Shown here piece by piece: positions 38,314 to 52,300 of a stretch of 64,000 nucleotides of DNA. Position 1 is the first letter of the stretch. Each line of letters starts with the position of its first letter. A program made the translations under genes and the position numbers. The DNA is from Tubiluchus corallicola (Eukaryota > Animalia > Priapulida), in assembly GCA_030141605.1 (NCBI GenBank), contig JAQGDQ010000138.1:248001-312000 (forward strand). Direction: 5' to 3'. The notes under the pieces were generated by a model. The model was not told the DNA's origin. It made no database searches and worked only from the letters and a program-made list of their open reading frames with translations.

Positions 38314-39862
38314 GAATACATACATACATATGTGGCAATACAAATATAAATTGCCTATTCACAGTTTGCAAAATTCTGTTATCAGTATGTTTTCCGTCTT
38401 ACCAAATTACAATTTTAGACGCGCTGCACATACTTTTCAGATCTAGAATTATACTAAACACAAAAAATGACATAATTGTGTATAGTAGTACTTTCAGTGA
38501 AATTTCAAGATGATTCAGTCAAAGTCAGTTTCTGTTAAAAAGCTGCAGATTTTATATTTTTGACAGGTTATCTCAAAACAATATAATTGAACCAATGTAC
38601 ATATACTGCTTCATGTAAACAGCCAAAATCTTTCAGAAAGCTAGCTGCAAGTCTTAACAGAATGTTGTAAGTAATCAATAATTTAACGATTGACTGCTAC
38701 ATTCAATATAATTAATAAAGTCCTGTACGAATACATTATCTACATTATTTATTAGCAGCATGTCATGCTTTCCTGATACCTGTGGGATAAATCAGTTACT
38801 GTTGCAGTTTCAGTATTTCTAAGTACTGCACAGCTTCAGTTTTTTCTTTTTGTGTAAAAATCACAATTGATTCAATTCGTAATTTGCTTCACGCAAGTAA
38901 TGCATACATACACAAATGACAAGTCACATTTTATCCTGTAAGCTCAAAATTTTAGCCACCTTAAAACTGGGAAGAATAAATGCATTTTTTATTATAAAGC
39001 AGTTCTAGCCTACATAGTTATACTCACATATAATCAGAAAGAAATGAATACAGAACAACAGACTAGCAGAGGCATGTAAAATGTTAAAGTATCAAATAGA
39101 TTTTAAAAAGGTCATAAAATTGTTCCTCTCCTATTTAAGTTTTATATTTTTAAAAAAGACAACATACATCCAAAAAATATATAAAATATCAATATTCACA
39201 TTTACTCAAAAAGCTTACAGGTGTCGTATGGGTAACTTTTTAAATAATTCTAATACATAGACTCCTTGATACTGCAATTAACTGATGCTGTCAACTGCAC
39301 TTGTGGCAATCATTTGGTACTATAATTTTTGGATAAGCTCAATGTTAGTTTTGTCATTATATAGTATCGATAAGTTTTTGGAATAATCCAGTAAAATGAA
39401 ATTACAGTTTTACCATCCATACAAAATTTGGCTTGCTTGCAGAAAAGGAAATTTGTGAGTTACTGAAACAATCACATCACACAAATGTAACTACAGATCC
39501 ATCACACTCAAAAATCAAAACTATACCTGTACACCCCAAGTCATCAATTATACATTTAAAATATGGCAAGTACGCTGGTTATGAAGGTTTAAGTGAGGAA
39601 TTTATCAAGCAAACTGACTAGTTTATGCCCTCTCGACTTTCCCATGATGAACAAAAGGCAGCTTCATCCACGGACTTGTACTAAACGTTCCAATATACTA
39701 AGTTGAAACACTGTAATATATCAGTGGACCACGCTACAAGCCATCATTCGAGGACATTAAAAAATGTTAAAGGCTACCTTCATTACTTCCTTGTGTTTAA
39801 TGAAGAAACTGCATACAACTAATTTCTTACAACTGCGGACTCGTGTTTATTAACCTTGTTCC

Positions 39863-40394
39863 TTAGCTCTCCTGAAATGATACCCTTGGTAATGCTTTTG
39901 AAGATGCATTGTTACCTTTGACTCTTGCATCATGTAGTAATGTTTCATGTCGCACAATTCTATGAGAACCAACGCCTAAATTCATAGTCCTGTCTGTAGA
40001 CGCATCGTTACCAGCACCCATTTTTTCTTTCTCTTTTGTCATTTCCATATTTGAATTTGATAAATTAGGTCTTCCAATTATTGAAGCACAGTTGTTGATG
40101 CAAGCAGCATTGTCTACATCAACTGTAGCACTACAAAGTTTAGTATTATCAGCAGGCTGTTTACAATTGTAATTAGACACGTTTTTTGTGATTATTTTAT
40201 GTCTGGTTTCTTTCGAGAGAAGGTCATATGAGAGGTTCGACTTTTCCTTGATGCAAATTAGTAACGCATTACTGGGCAGAGAAGGATAGCTGTCTTTGTT
40301 AATTTTCTCTTCTCGAAGAGCTTCTGTTCGTGGTTGTTCACCAATCTTGGTCATAATTGCTTCCTTCTCTTTCAATTGATCAGAGTGTTCACCA
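39863..40394 (-). CDS. RNF207: RNF207 probable terminal coding exon (divergent C-terminal tail)
   Basis: Acceptor atttttAG at 40395-40396. The phase-2 start matches the phase-2 end of exon 44716-44833, and the frame is open for 176 codons to TAA. Intervening exons cannot be excluded. Confidence 0.6.
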
Positions 40395-43300
40395 CTAAAA
40401 ATAAATTAATATTTTTAAATAGAGAATAATGAATTTGGTAAGTTCAATTCCCACCTGAGCAAAAAACAAGGACGTGAACAAGTAACTACTCCCGCAACAT
40501 ATTCTGGTTGAAGAACAAATTTTTCATCATTTTGTGTATTGAACTGTCCACCTGCACTAACTAACTAATAACATATTTTGCTTATCAAAGTCTAAGCGTA
40601 AAGAACTAGATAATGTACCTTACACTGCAAACACACCATCAGACAGTATAAAGCATTATTTAGTACAAAAATTGTTGTTTTTATTTCTAATTTTACTAGA
40701 CAAAAATAATACTACATTCCTGCTGAATTCCGACTGTTCAATACAGATTTATCAACTACAAAGCTGACTTTCTTTCATATTTTTTGGTTTCTTAATTACA
40801 AAGGATAATCACAATATTTTTTCATAGATGTGAATGCAACTCTAAACGAGAGTTGGTACAAATGTTTTGTAATTAAATTTTGACTTATTATAGAAGTTTA
40901 TGCAGTAATACAGTTATATGAAGATATATTGTGCCCCCAAACTTATAACAGTACTTTTAGCCCTCCAAAACTGGTTTAAATTGCCAGTTTGATCAGCTGT
41001 GTAGAAAATACCTGCCAATCTTACTGACAAGCTCACCTGCATGAATTGGAATTTAGAGAGGTTTACAGTTACTTATTTAACACTCAGTGAATTTATTTTT
41101 TTCTTCAAATTATTTTTATTCTATTTTGGTGACTGAAGTTGTATTTAGATGATGACGGCTGACGTGTTTCTAAAAGCCATCAAAAAGACGTGTGTTCATC
41201 AAAATACCTGTCAGACGTGTAACTACAGTAGTTACACTTAAAGAAAAGAATTTATGAGGTTTAGCATAATACGTTAATGTAAGACACTGGTTTCGCCATC
41301 TAGCTTAATTTATATTGAACTAATGTAAGCTAGTATACTGTATCACTAAAATCTCGTTTGGGACATGAAAAGAGACCACCATATCCAAAATTCCATCAGC
41401 TGTGTCTTATATATATTTAGCATACATCTAAGGTAGGGAATCTACAGAAGTGTTTACATATGTTTTGGATACATCTTAAGTCTAGTAGGAAAAACACTGG
41501 GACCAGTAAGGAAAATGAAACCACCCAAAAGCAATACTCCTAACAGACTCCCATCATTTTACTGACAAGGTTTAGTGTTGCTTAATTTCTGTCACTGGCA
41601 TACCACAGTCACTCAGCTATTTCACTTACCAATTCTAAGACAAAGACTTCTACAATAATTAACAAAGATAATGTAAGCAGAATGGGATCAGATTGCAGGT
41701 GCAAGTAGCACACCTGGCTGTATGATACTGACCACCATGCATCAATGTTTGATCACCTTTGCGGCGAAATTATCTTCATTAAGGTAATTACAGCTGTTAC
41801 TTATCGGGGTTATCTACTTTATTATTTACAGCTTCCCACATGATTTGTTTATCAGTAGATATATCTGATTGCGCATTCACCTGAATATTGCATGAGTGAG
41901 GAGCATGCACATGGCAACCATTGATAACCATTAATACATTAGATACACAACTGGCCTCCTAATTCATGCATGTTCACTTATAAGCATGCTGTATGGACTA
42001 AAGCAGTTTAAGAGGAATTTAATATCATTATTTCCTTCTGATCCACTAGCCAGTAATGATGTCCACTTTTATTACAAAATCCCTCCTGTTCATGTAATAA
42101 TCTCCATTTAAAGAAGGCTTTTTCAGAAGAAAACATCTAAGAGAATTTCCAGAAGAAGACTAAGTGATCAAAGAAACCACAGCTACATCATAGCAATAAA
42201 CAAAGTCATAAAGAAACCACAGCTACATCATAGCAGTAAACAAAGCCATAGGTTTTGATTCTGTTATAGGGATCCACATTAATGAGTGTTGAAAACAAAA
42301 TACATGTAGTATAAAAGCCAGGATATTAAAAAACAAGCAAAAAATAATGAGTTTTATCTCCAGAAACATAAAAGCAACATGATAATAATGAAGTCGATGA
42401 CACTACTGTTATACTCTTATGATGATAATGAAGTCGATGACACCACTGTTATACTCTTATGATGATAATGAAGTCGATGACACTACTGTTATACTCGTAT
42501 TTTGCCATGTAGCATCTTCCATTCCTTACAATTCATCATAAAAGTCTCTTAACTCGCTATTTCTTTTCTTCAAAAATACTGAAGGTTGTGGAGCAACTTA
42601 ATGGTAATTTTTATTGATATGCAATGGCCAAAGAAGAGGCCAAGAATTGTTAGCAGTAACCAAAAAGCTTGTGCAAAAATAATGACTGATAATAAAATTG
42701 AAGTATTTCAAATCTCATAAAAACTCTCATATCGTAGACACTGTTCTTTCTCAAATGTTCAATGCAAGCAGTTAATTTTACACATCAAGAGGCTTTAAAA
42801 GACTTCAATAACTTTTTGTATATTTTCCCTTTTCCGAAATTCCAATACACCATGATACAGTTTGCAACCTACATAGAAAGACAGACCCTGAGAATTTCAG
42901 GATAGTTTCAACACTGATTACCCGTCTTTCAGATTTACACAAAGAAATCACATAGTAGCAGACAGCATTCATCCTCCTATTAGCTTATGCTGCAATATTC
43001 GACTTCTCCGATGCAGTAACCATTAATTAATTAAACCATTTATTTTTCATGTGCTTGTTAATGAATAATTAATACTATGCAGTGATGATAATTAATTCTG
43101 CGTGTATAGCATATACAGCTACTGCTGATTCCTGCTAACTCAGATACTCACTGACAAACTCACTTAAGTACTTCCAATTTTAATTAACATTGTCTGGTGT
43201 CTTTTAATCCTTTGCAATAAGGCAACACTACATGCAATTAAGTATGTGTCATACCACTCATATGTATTAAAACCAGTCCTGTACCATGTACATACATAAT

Positions 43301-46300
43301 ACAATTATGTTGACTGAGTGAGTATATGTAACTGAAACTTGGAACAACTGCGTCCTAAACAAACCAAAACCGTCACCAATAGAAGTCAACACATTGTGTG
43401 CAACCTTAATTGTATCTAAAAATTACTATATACACTTTGATTTTTAATTTTATTTGTACCTTTTCAACCAATAATTGACAAACTTTGGCAACAATCAGAG
43501 CTTTGGCCACTGCAAGACCTATACAAAGGTAATATTTCTTCCACTTGAATTTTTGAGATGTAGTTCAGCATCTAGTTGCAGTTTTTTCACTAAGTGGTGA
43601 TACACGCTTTATTGTTCTCTCCCCTGCAAAATGTTGTGCATCCAAAACCTGTGCTTTACTTCAAATTTTTCCATCTAATAGTACAATGATAACTTAATGA
43701 TGTCGATATGATTATTTCTTGATCAATGTCGCTCTGAAAAATTATTACTCCCATTTTTCACGTACAACAACCAAAATGGGGGAAAGAATGCCATAAGCGT
43801 TGTTAATACACACGACATTCACGGACAACTGGAAGCAGTCAATACGCATAATACATTACTGATAGTGGATCACGCACATGAGGTCCTACCTTTAGGTATC
43901 AAAGCACTGTCAGCAATCCACTCCAAAAACATTAAAATCTTTGTCTCTTTCTAAAATGATCTACATGCTAAGAAAAGTGTTTGGTTTTGTGTCCAAATAG
44001 ACAAATCAGATAATATTAGTTCAAAAAATCTGCAGCATTAATAAGGCAGTGATGGGGATGACATGACCAGGTTCAGGGATTAAATAATACTGCATTTACA
44101 GATAAGATTGATGCGAAATGTTTTTGAAATGGCCAAGTATAAAGGTGCTGTAATGCTACAGCTGATAACAACTCCCTTAATAAAACACTAATGAATCATA
44201 CAGGTAACTATATGGTTAATGTGCATGGTGTCCATAAACATCAGACACAGTGTGAAAAAATAAAGAGGTATAATATGTATTCTAAGTGAAAGAAAATGTA
44301 GCACTGTAGTACAATCAAGAACATAATATTTTTCGGGTGCTTTTAAAATGACATTTAACACTCGGTTAGCTTACCATTGAAAAACTTATATATTATAAAG
44401 CCAGTAAAAATACATTTGTTAGCCTTACGCTTCATCGCTAACTGAATCAGTGACAAAAGTAAAAGATTAGCAAGGGATGAACAGTTTTTGTGCATTTGTA
44501 AAGTCCAAAAGTTATTCCTTTTCTTGTACCTCATCTTCGTCATCATGGTATAAGAAAACGCATTGTCAGCACTAACATTGATACACTGATTACAACAGTT
44601 TCTAAGGCCATATGATGTCTGTAATGCTTTTCTGTATTTAAACAGTCTGCTGGTAACAGCTGCATATGAACTACTTTCTGTTTTTGACGCAAACTATAAA
44701 TAAGTTCATGCTTACGCAGTGTGTTTGGTGCTTAAAACTGAACAAAGATTTTCTAGATATGGCCGTAGCTGTCTCAAGATACGTAAAATGTACTCATTTT
44801 CCTTCTGAAAGATTTCCATCTCTTGAACCTGAACTGCAAAACAAAATAACATTAGAAAGTCAGATTTCGCCAATATCACTGAGGAGACGGGAAAGGCAAG
44901 GTGAATGGATGAGCTGTTAATGGTCACTGCATGCAGTCACAAAGCTAGGGAACATCAGGCTTTCATAGTAAATGAATGGGCGACAATTAGAAAAGTCTGT
45001 TCTATGTGATTTTATATACCAGACTGTCCCGGCTGTTTCTCTCACTCAACCCGACATCAGACATTCACATCCAAACACAGAAAAAGCACTTCTGCAGGAT
45101 ATTTGTCTTTTCTCATAAAATTATACTTGATGAATAGCGAAGTTGACAGCCATTAATAACAGTAAGTCAAATGCTGACTTATAAAGTGCCAAATTATATG
45201 TACTGAATTCAATGTATGAAACTAAATAAAACAGAAGATCAGCCGCTAGAACTACCTGAAGATTAATGCTTAAACATTGCACTCACAAAACAAAATACTT
45301 TTTTAACAAAAATTTGTTTTATGAAAAAGATGGATATCGTTTTTGTAGTAATATAAATTAAAAGCAAGTATCAATCGAGTTACCTTCATAAGTCTCCTCT
45401 TCTGCTGCTATAGCTTGTCGACACATTGCCCAGTAGTTTTTCAGCTCGTCACAAGCTCCAGCAAGAAAGTGTTGTTGTTGACTTATCCGTTCCTCCATTG
45501 CAAAGCATACCTACACTCAATTAGCATAATAACTGTATAATTCAATGCATTAAGTAATTTACAATTAAACATTGATGTACAAATATACGAAAAATATAGC
45601 ACCAATAATAAGCAGTGCATTTTAAAAAGAATTAAAATGATAATTACAATTATGTCTATCTCAAAAACACTCCACGTAAGCATCAAAGAAACCAAGCATG
45701 ACTTTTAAAACTGCCTTTTCAAACAAAAATTAAAACTAAATGACGATTTTTATCCTTACAAATGATCAGTTTCATATTAAAAAAACTCCGCTTCAAAACA
45801 AAAAGGAGTTAAACCTCATAAAATGCACAAAGGCAGATGTTAAGAATGTGTAAGCCTTCTTGGACTTAATGCTTGAAAGACAAAACTCTGTACAGATGAA
45901 TACATTTAAAAATTGTAGTCAGCTTGATAACTTATCATATTCTGACAAATTAAAGAAAACTGGTCTACTTCGTTAAAATTACAGACATCTAAAAAGTCAG
46001 CTAATTGAGTGTTATCAACCAACAGTGGATTATATTCTACAGTTAGCATGTCACCACTACACCTTGCATGGAATCATATGCAATGTGAAGGATTAGCATT
46101 ATAGCATTAGGATTTGTCTATGTAGTTCTTTCTGGCCTGTGATGTCTACGTATAGTTAGAGAGTGTGTTTTATTAATGACTTCTCTTTATAAATTATAAA
46201 TCTCAAAAAAATAAATTTTGTGTTTTGCTTCTCATTTAGTTGTTCCTCATTTTTTTCAAAAAAGTCTTGCTTGTTATACTTTTTTGTGTAGGATTTGTTA

Positions 46301-49300
46301 GTAAAAAAGAGAAATGTTTTACTAACCAAAATGGTTTACCTTAACATAAGCATGCATCCATGCAGGAATACCTTAAACAAATGGTTTATTTCAATCGTGC
46401 CTGCCAAGCAGTGACGAACCGTCAAATCCCTGTGTAAATTTTGAACCATATCTTTCAGCTGGTGAAAATCTTGACGAAATTCCTGAAGTGGGAAAATACC
46501 AGCCATTCTAATAGCTCTGCTTCCTTACTGAACACAGATTTTCATGTGAATTAACAAACCAAACACATCTCTTTCCTGTAGACAAGATTCCCGAATGTTT
46601 AATACTTAGTTTTCTACCAAGAGTTTACCAGAACCTCTCTGGTAAAAAATTGACCATATTTTTTAAACCTGTACGATAATGTTACAATTGCTTAGTGCTA
46701 CATGACTCAAATTTGCTAAAAATATCAAAAATATTCTAATAACAAAGTCAGCACTTTGCATATTTGCGTAAAATGTCAGTTAGGCAATCACTAAAGCATT
46801 TGGACATTTTTGATACCTTTGTTATAAATCTAAATGCTAAAGCACAAAGATAGATTCCAAAAATAATGCTGTTGATGTGTTGACTATAAAGAAATATAGG
46901 GTTGGACACATTACTGTATCAAACATATACAATTGTGTTAATTGCAACACCATGAAAATTTCTACATTGTTAACATAAACATGGCAAACTATTTTTCAAA
47001 ACAATTTCTGCTAGTGTTTTAAAGTTTACTTACTTTGAGTTCTGCTTACTTTTCTATAGCATGAAATCCATTTACATGTTTTGGAACCCTTTGCAATTTA
47101 TATACATATAATGGGTATCATTAGACATTCAAATCTTTTAATGATGTAAATGCATGTTTTTGGAATTTAAATCATAAACACTTACGTACCAGGTACTCTG
47201 GTTCATAGCTTCTGCAGTGTCCTATGAATGGTCCATCTGAACTTTTCATTTTTCGTACCAAAGATCTCCAGTTCTTGCATGGCTTCACTTCCACATTAAC
47301 TTTTGCCTCAGCCACTTCACAAAAAGCTTCACCACATTCTCTGTTTAAATTCAGTGAAAGCAAAAGATACTACAGTGAAATAATTTATTGCCATGCCAAA
47401 GTATGACAACAAAGTATGACAACACACAATTACAATTAAACTATTCGGCAGAATGGGCTGTACCTGTGCAGGTAAGTCTTTACAATATAACACCAGGTAA
47501 ATACACTTGGCAGACACAGCTCATTAAAGCTGTCATACTTGCTGTTTCAGTTTTTGTGTAAAACAGACAACTAGGGCAATTTAAAATTGCCACACATGCT
47601 GAATTGATATTTAATAAAGTCAAAGCTTAAAGTATACAAACTAAGCACAATTAAAAGAACAAATTAAAGTTTTGCAATAAACTTCTCACCATCTCTTAGC
47701 TAATATTTAACCTTACATTACCAAAGCAGATCTTAGATGAAATAATCTGATGGCAAATTTTAAAATGACTAGACAACTGGTACAAAACCGTAGCCAATAA
47801 ACTCAGTGCAATGTGAGTTTTTAATGTGCACAGAGAGTAGAACACATTGTTTGCTTATGCATTTCAGACATATGAAAATGGGATAGTGTGTCTGCTTACC
47901 TGTGAAAAACAGTTAGTTCATTATTTGTGTCAACAAAACAAAACAACTATCTGGCAAGATCCTTTAAGCCTTGCTAATTAGTTGTAAACAACAGCTATTA
48001 ACTTTGCTTCACCAAAATGTTTTAAATAACAAGAGTACATCAGCAGTGAAGCAAGAAGAGTAAAAGCATAACTGCACACCAATAATGTCATTATTTAGCT
48101 GACAAACATAGCAAAAGCATTCAGCATGACTTCAAAGATATTGTTGATGGTTTGCAAAACCCAAATATGATGACATTTCAAGGAATTTTGATTCCCACTA
48201 TTTCTTGCAATTAAAAGTGAATGTAACTGCCATGAAAAAAAACATAAGCATGTCATGCATACCACACCATGAAAAAAACACAAGTATGTCATGCATACTC
48301 CACAAAAATTAGTTTAGGATTGTGCATTTTTCAAGATAATGGTGACATTCCTTGAAGCCAAGAACATCTCCTTAAGTCGAGAATGAGATGACATGAGAAA
48401 CTTGTTGAGGTATGATATAAAGAACCTATTTATCAGTTAGAAATTGAACTCCTGACTGATTTTGCACATGTCTGCGACTCATATGGGTATGCTTACTCCA
48501 CTCATTTCAACAGGAATTTTTATAAGCACAAGGTACATACATAGCACACAGTATGGAGAACTAAGACTGAGAATATGGTTTAAGCAGAAAGGGACATGAA
48601 GAAATGAATTGATCCATACAAACTTATTACATTCAAACAACTAAATACAATGCTACTCTATTATCAACACATAAACAAATATTAACTCACTCTCTTTTCA
48701 GCTCTTGTCTAGAAAAGGTAAAACTTTTCTGAATCTCTGGCAAAATGTCCCTGTTAGAATTATAAAGGCCTATGTGCATATCAAGTAAGCCTTGTAAACA
48801 CCTAAAAGCACAAACAATAGAAAATATGTACACACTTGAATGTATAATCAAATCATTAATAACAACTTAAAACATACATGACTCAGAATTTGTGACAAAA
48901 ACAAACACAAAAGCAGTTTAGTAACCTACATACCTGGCAAATTCCTGTTTATATGAGGTAGTAATGTGACTGTTTTGTAAAGGATGCACAGAATTAGATT
49001 TTTGGCAGATAGTACTAAGCCGCTCCATCAACATCTGCAAAAAATTATAATCAATTATTATCTAGAAAACAAAATGCAAAATTGATTTTTTGAAAGTGAG
49101 CGATTATTTTTAATTTATTTTTAGCGCTCAAAACTTATGTTCACAAATAAGCCATCAAAAGTGACCAATTTGCCAAATGTGCTTGCTAGTGCTGGATGTA
49201 GAAAGTTGTTTAGCTCATACTACTTCTAACAGTAAATTCTTGACAAGTTGTGCTTATCGTCTCCCTGCAAATTCTGATGAGAATAACTTTCCATTGTTTT

Positions 49301-52300
49301 CTTATCTAATTTTGTTTTAAGTAAATGGTGATAACATATTGGTGCTTAGGCAATCTAAAAAGGTGTTTAGGCTATCATATCTTGGTCTTTAATCTATGTA
49401 GGTAGTCTTACTGTTTTCATAACATTTTTATATAAATTGTATTATGCCTAACTATATACAGGTAATAATAAAGGTAATAATATAAAAAACTGTGCTTAAG
49501 CGAGCAGCATTGAAACTGCATTATATCACAAACAGCAATTTTATTATCAGGTCACAATATTGTGCAAGCAATTAAGACAGTAGGCGCTGTTTATTAGACT
49601 CGCAGTTAATAGAATCTGATTCATCACCTAAGTGACTGATAAACATCTGGTCGAGCTGCTCATATGTATATAAAAGCTGACTCGTTTAACGTCACATCAT
49701 TGACTTAATATTTTTGCTTCAGGTACTTAAAATAAAACACTTATGTATAATCAAAAAGATCTTGCTACTTTTATGTCATCTTTACTATGCTTTTGCACAC
49801 CATAATATATGTAGAAACGATCATGTTAAGTACTAATGCACTAACAGGCTAGCATTATCAGCATCATATGCTTACATTATGCCACAGATGCAATCTGGAA
49901 GTAATCTGCCAGCACTCTTTGCGACTTTACAGGTATAAATGTCATAGAGCAACTAAGAGTTAAATTTGAAAAATACAGTAACACATAAGCATAAGCGCAT
50001 ACTAATACTAAACTGAAGAGTGACGACTCGTACTTCTATGCTAGTAAAATTACTAGTAGTATTATTACACGTATCGGCTAATAGATTCAGTCGATTAATT
50101 AGGTCAAAATATTTCTATCTCAAAGTGAGTCTAGTAAGTGGTGCCTACTCTACATTCAATGTTAAAAATACAGGCAATTGCACAAATATGTGCCATAGCT
50201 GTTAAGAATACCAAAGTGCGCTTACATATGCTATAGATAGGAATTCATATTTATTAGCAGAAGCCATGAAAGAGGAACAGATAACCAAGTAGACATGAAG
50301 AGTTGGAAGAAGCACTCCAAGGTGTGACAGTTGACTCTTAAATAAACTCTCTTTCTGCTCAAACTGACTGCAATTAGATAAGAAAATAAACAAATCATTA
50401 AACATAGGAAAAAAGATGCTACGTAAATAGCAGAAAGAAGATGACAGTTATTTGAAAATCAACAACTTATAATATATAAACGACTAGCAAAATACATTAT
50501 CCAAAGAGGGCAATTTCCTGCTTTCATAAGTCAATTGTTCTTGTTTCACTGTTTGGGACAATGGAAACTCTGTACGAGCTCATATGGTATGGTAGCGCTA
50601 GTATAATAATTGCGTCTCCACTCAAGGTTCGGGAAAAAACTGCCAAGTTTGAAAAGCTCAAGGACTGAACAAATATTTTGTTTTCTCAGACCGACGTAAA
50701 ATTTAGTTCTTTAGGAAAAAATTACCACTTAATTTCGTAAAATCGAAATAAAAGTTGAAAAGACATGGATGATACAAAAGTCATACCTTGCCTAATAATG
50801 TTCATTTCACAAGTAAAATTTTCTTCCTAAGTCTTCGTTATGTAATTTGGCACTGTCACACAGGTCAAAATAAACCACTCAATGGCACAGCCTACTCGCT
50901 TATGAGTTTTACATGCAGACTGAATTTGTAAGGTGAAGGATTAATGAACAACAAAAGGAGCATTTTCCATGGCTATCCAGCTCTTACAGCAGCTAAGGCC
51001 ACTTTTAACCTATTACATTATGTACCGAGGGTCCTTCAGCACTACAGCTGCCAGACATTGAGAAACCTAATCACCTGTAATAAATGACCTGCTTGAGGTC
51101 TGCTAAAATATTTGACCTTTTGCGCCAAAGTTGCACTTGATGAAAACTTTTTTTTTATTTTTAAGTTATAATCTAATTATAAAATTAAATAGTAATTATA
51201 ATTTTATTTATTATTTAGTCATTAATTATAGCTTTTTAAATATTTCCAGCTTTTCCAAATTTTAAAGTTTAAATTAGTAATTTATAAAATCAACTAAAGA
51301 CAGACTGTAAATTAAGTGATCGAACTAAAATATAAAACAGTTGAAAATAAAGTGGTACTAAAGTATATACAAAAGCAAGTTGAAATCTAAAAATTTTATA
51401 ACACTAAAAGATTTGGTGTGTAACTTGATGGCTAAGTAGCATTTAGGGAAATGGACAGCAAACACATTGATGCAAACCTTCCCCGTAAGCATTTTCCCGT
51501 TCCTTACTCAAGCATGAGGTAAACCTCTTTTTCACACTTTGACTAGTGTTACATATTTTTACACAATAGAGAATAATACAGCTTGCATACAAAGCCAATC
51601 CAAGTGAGATTCATGTAAAACTCATAATTTTGTATGTTTGTCTGGACTCAAACACACCGGCAGAGGTGTCTTAGCTACGTTCGAATATGAATGCATTCTC
51701 TCAGTTAAGTAAACAGCCAGGTTGGGTAAAGCGAATGAAACGGCACACAGCGAGCGTCAAACCCAGTAAATACCCATTCATTCATGGATCAACCTCAGCC
51801 AATAAATACATGCTGTGCCAACTCAACCATTCACTCCTCTCATTAAGCGGAACCAAGATATATCCATTGAACTTACGCACAAACACTTACTTGTCCATAT
51901 CTGCCAGCAGATTAGCTCTAGTTTTCACTAGAGAGTTTTGCAAAGCTGAACACAATGACTCAATAGCTAGTTTCTCATTTCTTGCACTTTCTTTCAGTTG
52001 GTCCAGCAGTGTACGATACGTAACAATTCCCATGCGAGTTGATGATTGTAGTTTGCGAATGGCCTGAAACATCACATTATACAATAACAATTTACTTAAA
52101 TAAGTAATTTAGGTATCATCATACATGCACAGAAAAATAGATTTAAAGGTCCAAATGTGAGGAAATGAAAAAACTAAATTCTATAGATTACCTTGAAAGA
52201 ATGCAGCAGTTTAGCACGGGCATTGCAGTAAGCCGTTTCTAAGTCAAAACAGCGTGAACGTTCTGCACTGCAAGACAAACAGTGAAAGAATAAAAGTAAA

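Noticed and set aside
42379-42498. CRISPR-like 40-bp repeats
   Set aside because: Head-to-tail units without spacers, in a eukaryotic intron with no cas genes.
43460-43625. Exon-like block in the last RNF207 intron
   Set aside because: All three phases from its acceptor hit stop codons, so it cannot be placed in the CDS.
51687-52067. 126-aa plus-strand ORF
   Set aside because: Antisense to an RNF207 exon plus a degenerate tetranucleotide tract; a shadow ORF.
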